The position numbers and the translations under genes were made by a program. A stretch of DNA of 64,000 bases from Octopus sinensis (lineage: Eukaryota). Within the stretch, counting starts at the first letter, position 1. Each line of letters starts with the position of its first letter. Under the pieces are notes generated by a model, which searched no databases, was not told the DNA's origin, and saw only the letters and a program-made list of their open reading frames with translations. Shown in pieces: positions 1-12,231 of the stretch. Location of the stretch: NCBI RefSeq assembly GCF_006345805.1, contig NC_042999.1, positions 163,556,001-163,620,000 on the forward strand. The letters are read 5' to 3'.

Positions 1-416
1 TTCTATCTATAACATTCTTAACATGAACAAATACATCTTCAATGTATAAGAGGGGGCTTGTTTGGTCAGGTTAAATGAGATAAACAGAGTAAGATATCAG
101 GTAATCATCCTACTTTTCTCCCACCTGCTTCCCCCCTTTTGTCTGTGTGACTTATTTGAAAGCAATAATGAAATCATTTAAAGTTATCACAAATATAATG
201 GACTTGAAGTGTGTTATCTTGTATGCCTATTTGACCTTTGTAAAATACAGTAAGTTATGAGATACAACACCATTTGATACTGTTGGACATTGTTACTTCA
301 TTAGTAATTTGTAACACCACGTGTTATGGTGTTAAGTAAACTGAAGATGGAATAAGCATTAATATGTGCAATTACATTTTTTCTTTATTAATTTATTTGC
401 TTGAAAATGTTTTTAG

Positions 417-621
417 GTGTCACACATGTACACACTGGTGGATGAAATTGGCCCAGCTCACAAGAAAACATTTTTTGTGAAGCTGAAGCTTGGAGAAGAG
501 GAATATTCAGCTTCAGGACCTAGCATAAAAAAGGCACAACATGCGGCAGCAAGCATCGGTCTTGAAAAAACTGCTTACAAACATCCTCCTCCCAAACCTT
601 CGCCTAAAAAATTTAATGGAG
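417..621 (+). CDS. stau: staufen exon: dsRBD1 (beta strands and helix 2)
   Basis: ttttag|GTG...GGA G|gtatgt; VSHMYTLVDEIGPAHKKTFFVKLKLGEEEYSASGPSIKKAQHAAA matches Staufen dsRBD1. Helix 1 must be in an upstream exon. Confidence 0.95.
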
Positions 622-829
622 GTATGTGCCTTTTCTGACATCTTTTTTTACTTCCTCTAAATCTTTACTTTTGTAATGATAATTTATTCTTAATTTATTC
701 CTACCAAGTTGGAACTGATTAGAAGAGATACTATGTTGTAAGTGTTCAGTCATATTAGCCCTTTCGTTACTGTATTTCTAACCAATAAATACCCCTTATG
801 CGTTTCAATTAAATTTGGTCTTTCTGTTT

Positions 830-2875
830 GTCCTTGTATTTTTGCTAAACCTGCTGAGACCTGTGCTGGGGAAGTTACTTCTTGGATTTCCGCTGGTATT
901 AACACCTTCATACCATCTTGCAAATACCAGCTGAAACCGCATTCCTCAACCTGGTTTTCTCCTGCTTGTGCTACTACCCATCATAATCATTTTTTCCACC
1001 AGTTTCAGCGAGATAGTTCCGCAATGAATAAACAGCTTTTCACCAATGCTTGCAATCACTGTAGGGCTGTCTTTCGTGATGCTAAATCAGACAAGCAGCA
1101 CATTCATGATTATATAGCATCCCAGAAAATAGGCTCATGTGACTTCTGGAGAATTATTAAAAGTGTTAGAGGTAACAATAACACTTTATTCAACGGACCT
1201 GAGGTCTTGACTTCATCTAATAATAAAGCAGAGCTTTTTGCTTATTTGTTTAGTTCTTCTCGATGACTATGGTCATCCACTTCCTGATGTTTTTGTCAAA
1301 ACTGATAAATTGTTACACAGTTATCATATTACTTCTGCTAAGGTTGTGGCAAGGTTGGATCCATGTAAAGCAACTAGACCTGATGATATTCCAGTTATTG
1401 TTCTTCAGAAGTTCTCTCCTGAGTTGTCTGCTGTCTTATCTAGGCTCTTCCGAAGTGTATCTCAGAATCTTGTTTTCCCTCTTTATGGAAGTTCCCAACT
1501 GTTGTTCTTGTCTTTAAGAACTGCGGTGATCGATCTAATCCTTGTATTTATAGCAGTTGTTCTTGATATCTCTAAGGCATATTTGATAGGGTTTGGCATG
1601 CTAGACTTCTTTGGAAGCTCCAATCCTTTGATGTGTTAGGTTCCATGCTGAACATCATCTCCGCTTTCCTTTATCACCATAGGATCAAGGTTGTTCTTGA
1701 TGGTCAGTCTTCATCTAGTTATTCTTTTAATGCTGGGGTTCCTCAAGGTTCTCTCCTGGGCCCAACTCTCTTCTTTTTATCAATGATCTGCCTGATCATA
1801 TCATCTGTCAGCTAGTAATCTATGCTGATAACTCTACTTTGTACTCTTGTTTGGATAAATCTGATGACTTGTCTGATAAGGTTGAGATTGATGCTAACTT
1901 TGGGAATGATCTTCGATCTATTATTGAGTGGGGTAAAAAATGGCTTGTAACTTTCAATCCATCAAAAACTAAACTTCTTTCAATTAATGGCTTCAGATAT
2001 CCTTTTATGCTATCGGTTTTAATAGATGGTTTTATGCCATCGGTTTTAATAATTAAGGTGGCGAGCTGGCAGAAACGTTAGCATGCCGGGCGAAATGCTT
2101 AGCGGTATTTCGTCTGCGTTATGTTGTGAGTTCAAATTCCGCCGAGGTCGACTTTGCCTTTCATCCTTTTGGGGTCGATAAATTAAGTACCAGTTACGCA
2201 CTGGGGTCGATGTAATCGACTTAATACCTATGTCTGTCCTTGTTTGTCCCCTCTGTGTTTAGCCCCTTGTGGGTAATAAAGAAATAGGTTTTAATAGATG
2301 GTATTGACTTACCTGAGAGTTGTTATATTCGTTTCCTAGGAGTGACGTTCCGTAATGATTTTTCTTGGAGGACTTACATTGAATCTATTGCAAAATCAGC
2401 TGCAATGAAGGTAGGCACACTCCTTCATTCAAGGAGTTATCTCACTCCTGAGACTATTCTTTATCTTTATAAGTCTACCATTCGCCCCTGCATTGAGTAA
2501 TGTTGTCACATATGGGCTGGTGCTCCTGCAGATTGTCTAACTCTGTTGGACCGCATTCAATGCCGTTTTTGTAATGCTATTCGTCCTGAATTGGATTCAC
2601 TCTCTCATTGTTGTCATGTGGCTTCCTTGTCTCCTTTCTGTAAGTATTTTCATGGACATTGTTCAGCTGAGCCCTCTTCTCAGGTTCCCCATGCATCCAG
2701 TTCTCATCAGTATAGTATGCAACCTCCTAAGTGTCATAAAGCACTTTACAATACCAGTTTCTTCCCTCACACCTCTAAACTTTGAAATTCACTCCCACAG
2801 TCTGGTTTTCCTCTTCAATATTACCTCCAGTCTTTTAAGTCTAATGTACATTGTCACCTTTTGACTTCTGTCTAG
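830..2875 (+). mobile_element. Decayed CR1-type LINE ORF2 (reverse transcriptase) remnant, interrupted by a SINE
   Basis: Frameshifted RT motifs WFSPACA, FWRIIKSV, GVPQGSLLGPTLF, WGKKWLVTFNPSKT, FFPHTSKL. Ends are approximate. Confidence 0.85.
2052..2286 (+). mobile_element. tRNA-derived SINE family C (central domain recalls MetaSINE-type elements)
   Basis: A-box-like TGGCGAGCTGG and B-box GAGTTCAAATTCC; flanked by a 10-bp TSD ggttttaata (2042-2051 / 2287-2296). The family assignment is from memory. Confidence 0.8.
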
Positions 2876-3260
2876 CATCCATTTTATTCTAGTAGCTCTT
2901 ATGTTTTCGTTAGTCTATGGACCTTGTAATGAATGAATGCTTTAAAAAATTAAAAATTCTAAAATTATCGTATATTTAAATTGGTTTAATAAAACAACTC
3001 AGACTTGTTTTATTTATCAACATATTAGTGTGAATTTTGGAACACAGTTTAACAACAGGTTCTTAACTAAATCTATAATTTATATCTCAAAGGAAATCTA
3101 ATTACTGGTAAATACAGGAAATTCAACAAAATATAAAATTAAATTTTGTTTAAGCCTCAGCTTAGACAATGAGTTATTAGCTAATATTCAATGAGTATAC
3201 TGCGGCCTACGATAAATTTTTAGTCAAGGGAGTAAAACAGTAATCATATTAAAATTTTAA

Positions 3261-3920
3261 CCCTTTCGTTACTATATTTCTGACCAAAATACACCCCTCA
3301 TGAGTTTCAATTAAATTCAAAAATAATCATGAATTTAGACTAGTTTCATTAAACAACTCTAACTTTTTCTTATCAACATATTAATGTGATATTTAGAACA
3401 TAATTAAAGAAAGGGTTCTTAATCAATTCTATTGCATAACTTTTGTCTCAAAGTGGCTTTAATTACAAGTAAATCCAGGTAAACTGAGCAAAAGGTAAAA
3501 ATATTAAAATTTTGTTTAAACATTACAATAGAAAATGAATTATCAGCTAATATTCAATTGGGTTTGCAACAAAATTTTGATATAGAAGAATTGTGCACAT
3601 CGCTAGATCATCAGTTGAATTTAATGCACAACAGAACAGGTGTACCATAAAGGTGAAATAAACTGAAATACTGGAATCCACCTAAATCCACCACAAGTTT
3701 GACCGAACTAAAATCCACAGCAGTACCCAGTATTCTGCGTAACAGTTTGTTTCCACAGTGATCACTTCAAACAAGCATACTGAAAAAAATAAAAGTCTAA
3801 TGGTTTCGCTTCCTAAGAAAGACTATAGATAAACTCTATCTCCTCAGAAAAATTGTTAATAAAAACATTTTTAAAGTTTTTACTTCATTCCGATGTAAAA
3901 TTGTCTTTGCTGTCACTATT
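3261..3920 (-). mobile_element. piggyBac-like non-autonomous remnant, copy 1
   Basis: TTAA (3257-3260) followed by CCCTTTCG; homologous to 59288 onward. An older related copy lies at about 2960-3245 and a short end fragment near 759. Confidence 0.65.
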
Positions 3921-4683
3921 GGTCTGCTGCACTCCACAAGTTGTGCTTAGGAACTTTCACTTATCTTCTGTGCTACAAGTGTGTGACTCTTCCTCCTTCT
4001 CATCATATGCTTCATTTTGGATGATTTTAAATCTCTGACTAATCAAATGATCCTTAAGCTTTCATACCCTTTTCCAAACTGGTTTGCTTCTTGGAATCTT
4101 ATGAGCCAGTTGCTTGAAGTCCCCAACGAGTAACCTATGCTGTGAGGTACATTTTTATGCAGGAAAGGCCTTTGCATTTATAAGCAGCCATGAATCCTGC
4201 TTTCTAGTGAGGATGTAGTGAATCTGGCTTGCATAGTCACTGGATTTATAGGTTATCAAGTGACTGACTGGCTTTCTGAAGTTAGTGTTGAAGATCATTA
4301 GGTCATTTCTGTCACAGAACTCCAGCATTCTTATACCCTCCGCATTTCAATAACCAGTTGCATGTCCATCATGCACCCCATGCATGTGTATACACACACA
4401 CTCTCTCTCAATGTTCCTAAAAGTGCTTCTAACTTTCTTAAGCATATGTGGGAAACACCAAATTATTTCATTTTCCTCTTTAAGTTCTGTGTAATAATGC
4501 ATTCCGGTTGTAATCGGTTCAAAGAAAAAAGTAAACAAAATAAACAGTTTTTCAATTCTTACTATATTTGAGTGTAAATTCACTTTTTTCTTTATTGCTA
4601 TTGGAGCTGGTCAGAATTGTTTCACATTTGGAGAAATGTCTGATTCATACAAATTTGTGTGTGTGTCTATATATATATATATA

Positions 4684-5015
4684 GGTGCAGGAATGGCTCT
4701 GTGGTAAGTAGCTTGCTTACCAACCACATGGTTCTGGGTTCAGTCCCACTGTGTGGCACCTTGGGTGTCTTCAACTAAAACCTTTGGCCAACCAAAGCCT
4801 TGTGAGTTTGGTAGATGGAAACTGAAAGAAGCCCAGCATATATATATATATATATAATATATATATATATATATACTGAACTTTCCAGAAGTTCCTGACG
4901 ATGAATTTGTCATATTTACATACCGGAATTTTACCGGTAAATAATTGTTGGTTATATGAAAAACCACTGAAAAATTATTTACCATTTTTATTGTATATAT
5001 ATATATGTATGTATG

Positions 5016-5046
<31 letters not shown>

Positions 5047-5252
5047 ATGTTTGTGTGTCTGTGTTTGTCACCCCAACATCACTTGACAACCGATGGTGGT
5101 GTGCTTACGTCCCCATAACTTAGCAGTTCAGCTATAGGGACCAATAAAATACGTACTAGGCTTACAAAGAATAAGTCGTGGGGTTCATTTGCTCAACTAA
5201 AGGTGCTGCTCCAGCATGGCAACAGGCAAATTACTGAAATGAATAAAAGAAT
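4684..5252 (+). mobile_element. tRNA-derived SINE family A with internal (TA)n/(TG)n tract and a nested fragment
   Basis: Head GCAGGAATGGCTCTGTGGTAAG...GGGTTCAGTCCC and tail CCAGCATGGC...CTGAAA. An extra segment of about 115 nt sits inside the TA tract (about 4876-4992). Confidence 0.8.
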
Positions 5253-5264
5253 ATATATATGTAT

Positions 5265-6710
5265 ATATATTTTCTCCTTCAGTAATCACTCTAAGGCTAT
5301 TACAAGGAATTTAGTTAGAAATATTTCACTTAGACTTTCTAGATTATCTGCTAATGTTGATATCTTCAACAATAAAGCCAAATTTTATAACTCTGCTTTT
5401 CTTAAAGCAGGCTATAAAGAAAAAATTACCTATATTAACACTATTGACATTAATTCTACCTCTATTAATCAGGACATGAAATGAAGTTATAACGATATTA
5501 ACAATATAAATTTTAGTTCGAATAACGACACTAAATCAACTAATATAATTCTGCAGCATAAGGGAGATAACCATTCTTTAAGACCCTTTTTTCATTATAA
5601 ATGTACATCGATGACTTTGAAAGATAATTACCCTAATAGCAAGGTATGTCCCAGCAAAACACTTTGGTTGATAATTCCATATGGTAAGCAGATCAAATCC
5701 AACCTCCCTTACCAGTTTTGTGAAGGTATAGATAAGAATTTCCCCCAAAATTCAAAATACTATTTGATTATTAATTCACACCGAATCAGGAAAGGATTTT
5801 CCTAAAAACCTTTCGTAAATCATCTCTTCACATAATAATAAGTTGTTAAATACAAATCCACTTAATGAAAAGAATAACATTGATATTCCTGAAACTAACC
5901 ATTCTTTAAATAATAATAGTAACAATAAATTTCTGATATAAATTCCAATCACATTCATTTCCTTAGCAGTAATTCTAAGACTAGAAACTCTATTTATCAA
6001 TGTAAAATTACTTCAGGTTCTGACATCTTTTTTTATATATGTAGTTCTTCATCTCAGTTAATCATTACTCTACATTTAGACATATCAATAAATGTAACAA
6101 TACTGGGCTTAGTAAAATAATTTGGTCTCTATAAGAACATAATAAACAATTTGATTTGGAATGGAATATTCTATCCAAATCATTTCTGTATGATAAAGGT
6201 AAATCTTTTTGTTCGCTCTGTAACAATGAATTGTATTTCATCCTGTTCTCAGAGAATCTTCTTGTAAGCACATTTAAAGAATGTGTTTATTATTGCAAAC
6301 ATTGATAAAAACATACTTTAGTTCCTATAAGTGATTTCTACCAATCTATATAATTTGACCTTTAATTGTCTTCTTACATTTCAATTCCTATTCACCTATC
6401 GCACTATATTTCTCCATTTTTAATTTTCTGCTAATTTCTTTCTTCTTCCTCTTTCTATAAATTGCCTTTGATGTTATATATATTAATGTTTTTTATTAAA
6501 AAATAACGTACCAACATTCCCTTCATCATATATGCAGTAATCACATTTGGTTAAAATGTCTTATTGATGTGTTTCATTTCTCTTTTTTTCTTCGATGAGA
6601 AGATTGCATTGTTTTCTATCATTTTATTCCTTTTGGAATGATAGCAATGTTTTCTTCAAAACATGTCGGAATTATAAAGATTTGATTAACACCTGTGCGT
6701 AACTCCATTT
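5265..6710 (+). mobile_element. Decayed Penelope-like element (RT C-terminus / GIY-YIG region)
   Basis: Peptides ISLRLSRLSANVDIFNNKAKFYNSAFLKAGY and WLIIPYGKQIKSNL...IDKNFPQNSKY resemble PLE RT thumb/linker segments; many stops. Confidence 0.65.
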
Positions 6711-6719
6711 ATTTATTTA

Positions 6720-6768
<49 letters not shown>

Positions 6769-6785
6769 TATATATGTGTGTGTAC

Positions 6786-6888
6786 TTTATTTAAAAGCAG
6801 CAGAAATATAACAAAAGGTGGTACTCAGAGTTTCACGTTCCCGTTCGTCGGACAGTTTTTTGTTATATTTCTTCTGCTTTTAAATAAA
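6786..6888 (-). ncRNA. Degenerate hammerhead-ribozyme-like motif inside a 31-bp inverted repeat
   Basis: Minus strand reads CCGACGA-ACG GGAA CGT-GAAA-CTCTGAG-TA. Arms 6786-6816 and 6858-6888 have one mismatch. Confidence 0.45.
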
Positions 6889-6976
6889 ACATATTACTCT
6901 GCTTCTGGTATTTGAGTATTCATTTTTCCACCTTGTTTCACATTTATGTGCTTAATCCAGTATATATATGTATATA

Positions 6977-7250
6977 CTAGCAGAGATACCCGGCGTTGCC
7001 CGTGTTACATGCAATTGAACAATTAGATTTTTCTGTTATATTTTCTGTAATGAACTGGAATATCTATGTTTCGAAGTTCATCAAAATTGCAGATGAGGGT
7101 TATTTCCCTCTTTACACACCCTAAAAAAATTGTAATCGTGCCACATGTATCCCATACTACTGATTTTTATGCGCATATTCCAAAATTCCAGTCTTATTGA
7201 ACCTGTTAAAAAAATTTTTCTCCTGAAAAATGAAGGTCATGGAGCTCTAA
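6977..7250 (-). mobile_element. Helitron-like non-autonomous element 3' end
   Basis: CTAG terminus followed by CAGAGATACCCGGCGTTGCCCG, the same end seen at 53692 and 54097. The right boundary is approximate. Confidence 0.55.
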
Positions 7251-8274
7251 AATGTGAGAGTTAAGGCAACCTGTTGGGAGTGGGCATCTTAATGTCAACA
7301 AGTTGAATATTTGAGAACCTTTTTAACTTGCATCTTATATCTATTGTTTGACTTTCTTTGAAATAGGAAATATATGTTGACTGGGTTTGTAAAAGAGAGC
7401 AAAGCTACAGGAAACCAAAAGATGAATGATCACAATAAGCAGTCAGCTACCCTTCCCTAGTCATTAAGAACTCCCAATGTAGGATTCCTCACCATCCAGG
7501 TGACAGGCACAGCCGTAAGATGCATTACGAATCTATAGCAATTGGAAGGGCGTGACCCAACTGAAATAAACATTAACAACTGTGTGACGTGAGGGCTAAG
7601 GAGAAATGAAAGTGTCACCTTTGGAGTTTGCAAATGACCACTATACTGATACGTAACTGGACAGAATAAATTTACAATCTCTAAATGTCTTTGAATAACC
7701 AATCACTTATCTGGGAAGGCCTTGAAATCTATGTTACCATCTGGGGACTATGTGTGACCCAGTGATAATAAAAAGACTGAAAGGAAGTCTGCAATCAAAT
7801 AACTTTACTCAACACTTTGCAACTGAATCAGTGGAGGCAAAGATGCCTCTCATTTACTTGAAAATTTATGCAGCACATTGCAGAAATCTCAATGTATGTG
7901 TATATCAAAGCAAAGTGTTACGCTGTTGCACCACTGAATTACAAATGCTCATCTTTTATGCCTGGGTAACTCTACAGCTTCCAAGAGTACAACTGTATTC
8001 GTCTTTGCTTATAGAAAATGACAAAATTGTAGGTAAGTTCCCATGAAGGGGTCTTTCTAGCTTATAAGAAGATGAAATTTTATAAATATTACTTCATTTG
8101 TGTCTAATATCTGTGGTTAAAATTTCATCAACAGCAAAAATATATGAATTGTCATGGGGGTTATGGCCCTTATGCATAGAATATAATTCCCAAATTTCAT
8201 AAAGATCCATTCAGTACTTTTATGATCCAAAACTGGATCATAAAAGAAATGACTAAAATTTAGGAGTTATAGGG

Positions 8275-8376
8275 TGTTATATATATATATAATATATATA
8301 TATATATATTATATATATATATATATATATAAATGACTAAAATTCGGGAGTTATAGGGTGTTATATATATATATAA

Positions 8377-8451
<75 letters not shown>

Positions 8452-8480
8452 TATGGAGATATATATATATATATATATAC
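8275..8480. repeat. (TA)n/(GA)n microsatellite cluster (others at about 6725, 9105, 12156, 13786, 22985, 41850, 55860)
   Basis: Read directly from the sequence. Confidence 0.95.
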
Positions 8481-8678
8481 ACACTCACATACAAAGATAA
8501 CTTGATAGATACAATTGAGTGGGCAACAATAATATGAGCCTAGTGTTTTTTTTACATTGATAAGCCTGGTACTTATTCTATTAGTTTCTTCTTGTGAAAC
8601 CAGTAATTTATGGGGATGTAAATAAACGAACACCAGTTATGAAGCAGTGATGAGGGAGAAACACATAGACTTACATAT

Positions 8679-8709
<31 letters not shown>

Positions 8710-8875
8710 CAACTGATTTCTTTCAGTTTCTGTTTACAAAATTCACTGACAAGGTTTGGTTGGTCTGAGGCTATACCAGAAGACACATGCCAAGTTACCA
8801 CACAGTGGAACTGAACTGAGGACCATGTGTTTTGGAACCAAGTTTGTTAGCACACAGCCACACATGCACCTGTGT
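8470..8875 (-). mobile_element. Diverged SINE family A variant
   Basis: Reverse-complement head (...CACACAGCCACACATGCACC) and central AAGCCTGGTACTTATTCTA. A similar variant is at 37860-38058. Confidence 0.6.
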
Positions 8876-9097
8876 ATGTGTGTGTGGGTGGATGTGTGTG
8901 TATGGGTGTATATATGTATGCATGTATATATGTGTACATATTACATGTACATCTATATATATATACATCTACATATACATGTATACATATACATCTATAT
9001 ATATACATGTGGTGCAGCCTTCGGGCTCCCCAGACTCCAGTTGAACCGTCCAACCCATGCTAGCATGGAAAGCAGACGTTAAATGAGGATGATGATG

Positions 9098-9150
<53 letters not shown>

Positions 9151-9153
<3 letters not shown>

Positions 9154-12100
9154 ACTAGTAACAAGGACCTCATCTTTGTAGGTGGAGATTTTAATGGGCA
9201 TGTTGGGCGGGAATCGGGTATCTTCACTGGGGTACATGGTGGCTATGGTATTGGCACCAGAAATGATGAGGGAACTAGACTGCTGGAATTCTGTGATGCA
9301 TGTAACCTTTCAATCTGCAACACTAACTTCAAGAAGCCAGTCTGCCACCTTATAACTTATCAGTCAGGAGACTCCGCTAGCCAAATAGACTTCATCCTCA
9401 CCAGACAACGGGATGCAGGGTTGCTCTTGAATACAAAGACCCTCCCGGGTGAAGAATGTATCCCTCAGCATAGACTAATCATCAGTGACTTTAAGCTTGA
9501 GGCCAGAAGGACTCCAAGAAACAAACCAATCCAGAAAAGAAGGATTTGGAGGCTAAAGAACCCTTCGCATGGTCAGAAATTTAGGGACATACTCATCAAG
9601 AAATTTGATGAGAGGGAGGAGGAGCTTCAGACGTCAGACATAGAAGGTAGCTGGGAATTCCTACGGGACAGCTTGTTGAGTGCCACAGACCAAGTCTGTG
9701 GATGGTGCAAAGTCCCTTCCAGACCTAGAATTACGTGGTGGTGGAATAGTGCAGTAGATAAAGCCATCTGTGAAAAGAGATGGGCCTGGAAAGCCTGGAA
9801 GGATGGGGGCAGCAGGGAACTGTACCAGATAGCCAAAAGGGAGGCTGGGCGGCAGGTATACATTGCCAAAGATGTAGCAGAAAAGAAGAAGTTTGCCAAT
9901 GTCCAGCGTCGCGAGGATCAAAGAGCTGAAGTATTTCGGATTGCCAGACAGTGTGTCAGAGAAAATAGCGATGTTATAGGAGAGAAATGTGTCCGCATGG
10001 ATGATGGGGCACTTGCTTTTACTACTAGTGAAAAGAAAGAGGCTTGGAGAAGCCATTATGAAAGACTGCTGAATGAGGAGAATGAATGGGAGGAGGAGAG
10101 CCTGCCAAATGTTGACCCAGTAGAGGGACCAGCTACCCGAATAGACAGCTCCCTTGTAGATAAGGCAATTAAGGATATGAAACCAGGCAAAGCCCCTGGC
10201 CTATCAGGAATCACTGCTGAGATGCTTAAAACAGCTGGCTATGTGGGCTATGCCATAGTCACCCGCATTGTAAACCAGGTAGTTCACAATGGAGTCATAC
10301 CCAATGACTGGTGCAGCAGCACCATAGTCAACTGCTACAAGGGTAAGGGTGATGCTCTAGATAGAAATAACTACAGAGGTATCAAACTGTTGGACCAGGT
10401 GATGAAGGTCTCAGAGAAGGTCATAACCAATCTCATTAGGGAGAGAATTTGTTTAGATGAAATGCAGTTCGGTTTTGTACCAGGTAGAAGCACCACTGAT
10501 GCTATATTCCTGGTCCGACAACTGCAGGAGAAGTACCTAGCTAAAGATAAACCCCTCTACATAGCTTTTGTAGACTTGGAGAAAGCCTTTGACAGGGTTC
10601 CCCGTTCCCTTATCTGGTGGTCGATGCGGAAACTGGAGATTGAAGAATGGCTAATAAGGGCTGTACAGGCTCTATACAGAGAGGCTGTCAGCAAGGTTAG
10701 GATTGGCAACGAATATAGTGAAGAATTCCGGGTAGAAGTAGGTGTGCACCAGGGCTCAGCGCTCAGTCCCCTTTTATTCATCATAGTCCTTCAGGCAATA
10801 ACAGAGGAATTCAAAACGGGATGCCCCTGGGAGCTCCTCTATGCCGATGACCTAGCTCTCATAGCAGAATCACTACCGGAACTAGAAGAGAAATTTCGGG
10901 TGTGGAAGCAAGGGTTGGAATCAAAGGGCCTTAGAATAAATGTAGCAAAGACCAAAGTATTAGTAAGCAGCAAGAGGTACTCAGCACACATCCCCTCGGG
11001 TAGGTGGCCCTGCTCAACCTGTAGGAAAGGTACAGGTAGAAACTCCATAAGATGCACCCAATGTAAGTTATGGACACATAAGAGGTGCAGCAACATTAAA
11101 GGGAAATTAACAGATAAGATAGCTTTCATGTGCGGCAGATGCACAGGGACAATAGACACAACAGACACTCAGAAAACAGATTCCATCACACTCCAGGGAG
11201 AGAAACTAGAAGTAGTTGATAGTTTCCGCTACCTGGGAGACCAAGTTAGTAGCGGAGGTGGATGCACAGAGAGTATCACCACTAGAATACGAATAGCCTG
11301 GGCAAAGTTCAGAAAGCTCCTACCCCTACTGGTAACAAAAGGTCTCTCCCTCAGAGCAAAAGGTAGATTGTATGATGCATGTGTGCGAACTGCCATGCTT
11401 CACGGTAATGAAACATGGGCTGTGACTGCAGAAGACATGCGTAGACTTGAAAGAAATGAAGCTAGCATGATCCGCTGGATGTGTAGTGTCAGTGTGCACG
11501 CAAAACAGAGTGTAAGTATCCTGAGAGAAATGCTGGATATAAGAAGCATCAGATGTGGTGTGCAAGAGCGATGCTTGCGATGGTATGGTCATGTGCTGCG
11601 GATGGATGAAGAGAGATGTGTGAAGAAGTGCCACTCCCAAACAGTTGAAGGTATCAGGGGGAGAGGTAGACCCAGGAAGACATGGGATGAGGTGGTCAAG
11701 CATGACCTCAGAGCATTGGGCCTCACTGAGGCAATGGTGAAGGACTGAGATCTCTGGAGATATGCTGTGACTACAAAGACCCGGGCTGCTTTCTGCAGCA
11801 ATTCCACATACCCCCTACCCATTCTAAGTACCCCGGATCCCCAAAGTACCCCGATCCCCAAAGTACCCCGATCCCCAAAGTACCCCGGACCTCGTTGCCC
11901 CCGTGCCGCTGACACGTTAAAATGCTCGAACCGATCGTGACGATGCCAGACCCTCCGGCCCCTGTGCAGGTGGCACGTAAAAAGCACCCAATCCACTCAC
12001 GGACTGGTTGGCGTTAGGAAGGGCATCCAGCCGTAGAAACTCTGCCAGATTCAGACTGGAGCCTGGAGCGGCCCCTGGCTTCCCAGACCTGGTCGAACCG

Positions 12101-12155
12101 TCCAACCCGTGCTAGCGCGGAAAGCGGACGTTAAACGATGATGATGATGATGATG
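9151..12155 (+). mobile_element. RTE-clade LINE, subfamily A, 5'-truncated, young
   Basis: Frame open from 9151 to TGA at 11746-11748: APE C-terminus (GDFNGHVG, QIDFIL), RT (YRGIKLL, FVDLEKAFDRV, GVHQGSALSP, YADD), PHD-like finger, GRGRPRKTW. Then a 3' UTR and (GAT)n tail. Confidence 0.95.
11826..11890 (+). repeat. Tandem repeat of about 17-18 bp (AAAGTACCCC(G)GATCCCC) x ~4 in the RTE 3' UTR
   Basis: Read directly from the sequence. Only one unit is present in the homologous copy near 33805. Confidence 0.85.
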
Positions 12156-12172
12156 ATATATGTATATATATA

Positions 12173-12228
<56 letters not shown>

Positions 12229-12231
<3 letters not shown>

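Noticed and set aside
4893-4945. CTGACGA near a PLE-like fragment
   Set aside because: No stem II followed by GAAA.
7250-8050. Possible exon or Helitron helicase remnant (MPLIYLKIYAAHCRNLN; donor-like GTAAGT near 8033)
   Set aside because: Similarity too weak to call by eye and no phase-compatible staufen exon; needs TBLASTN.
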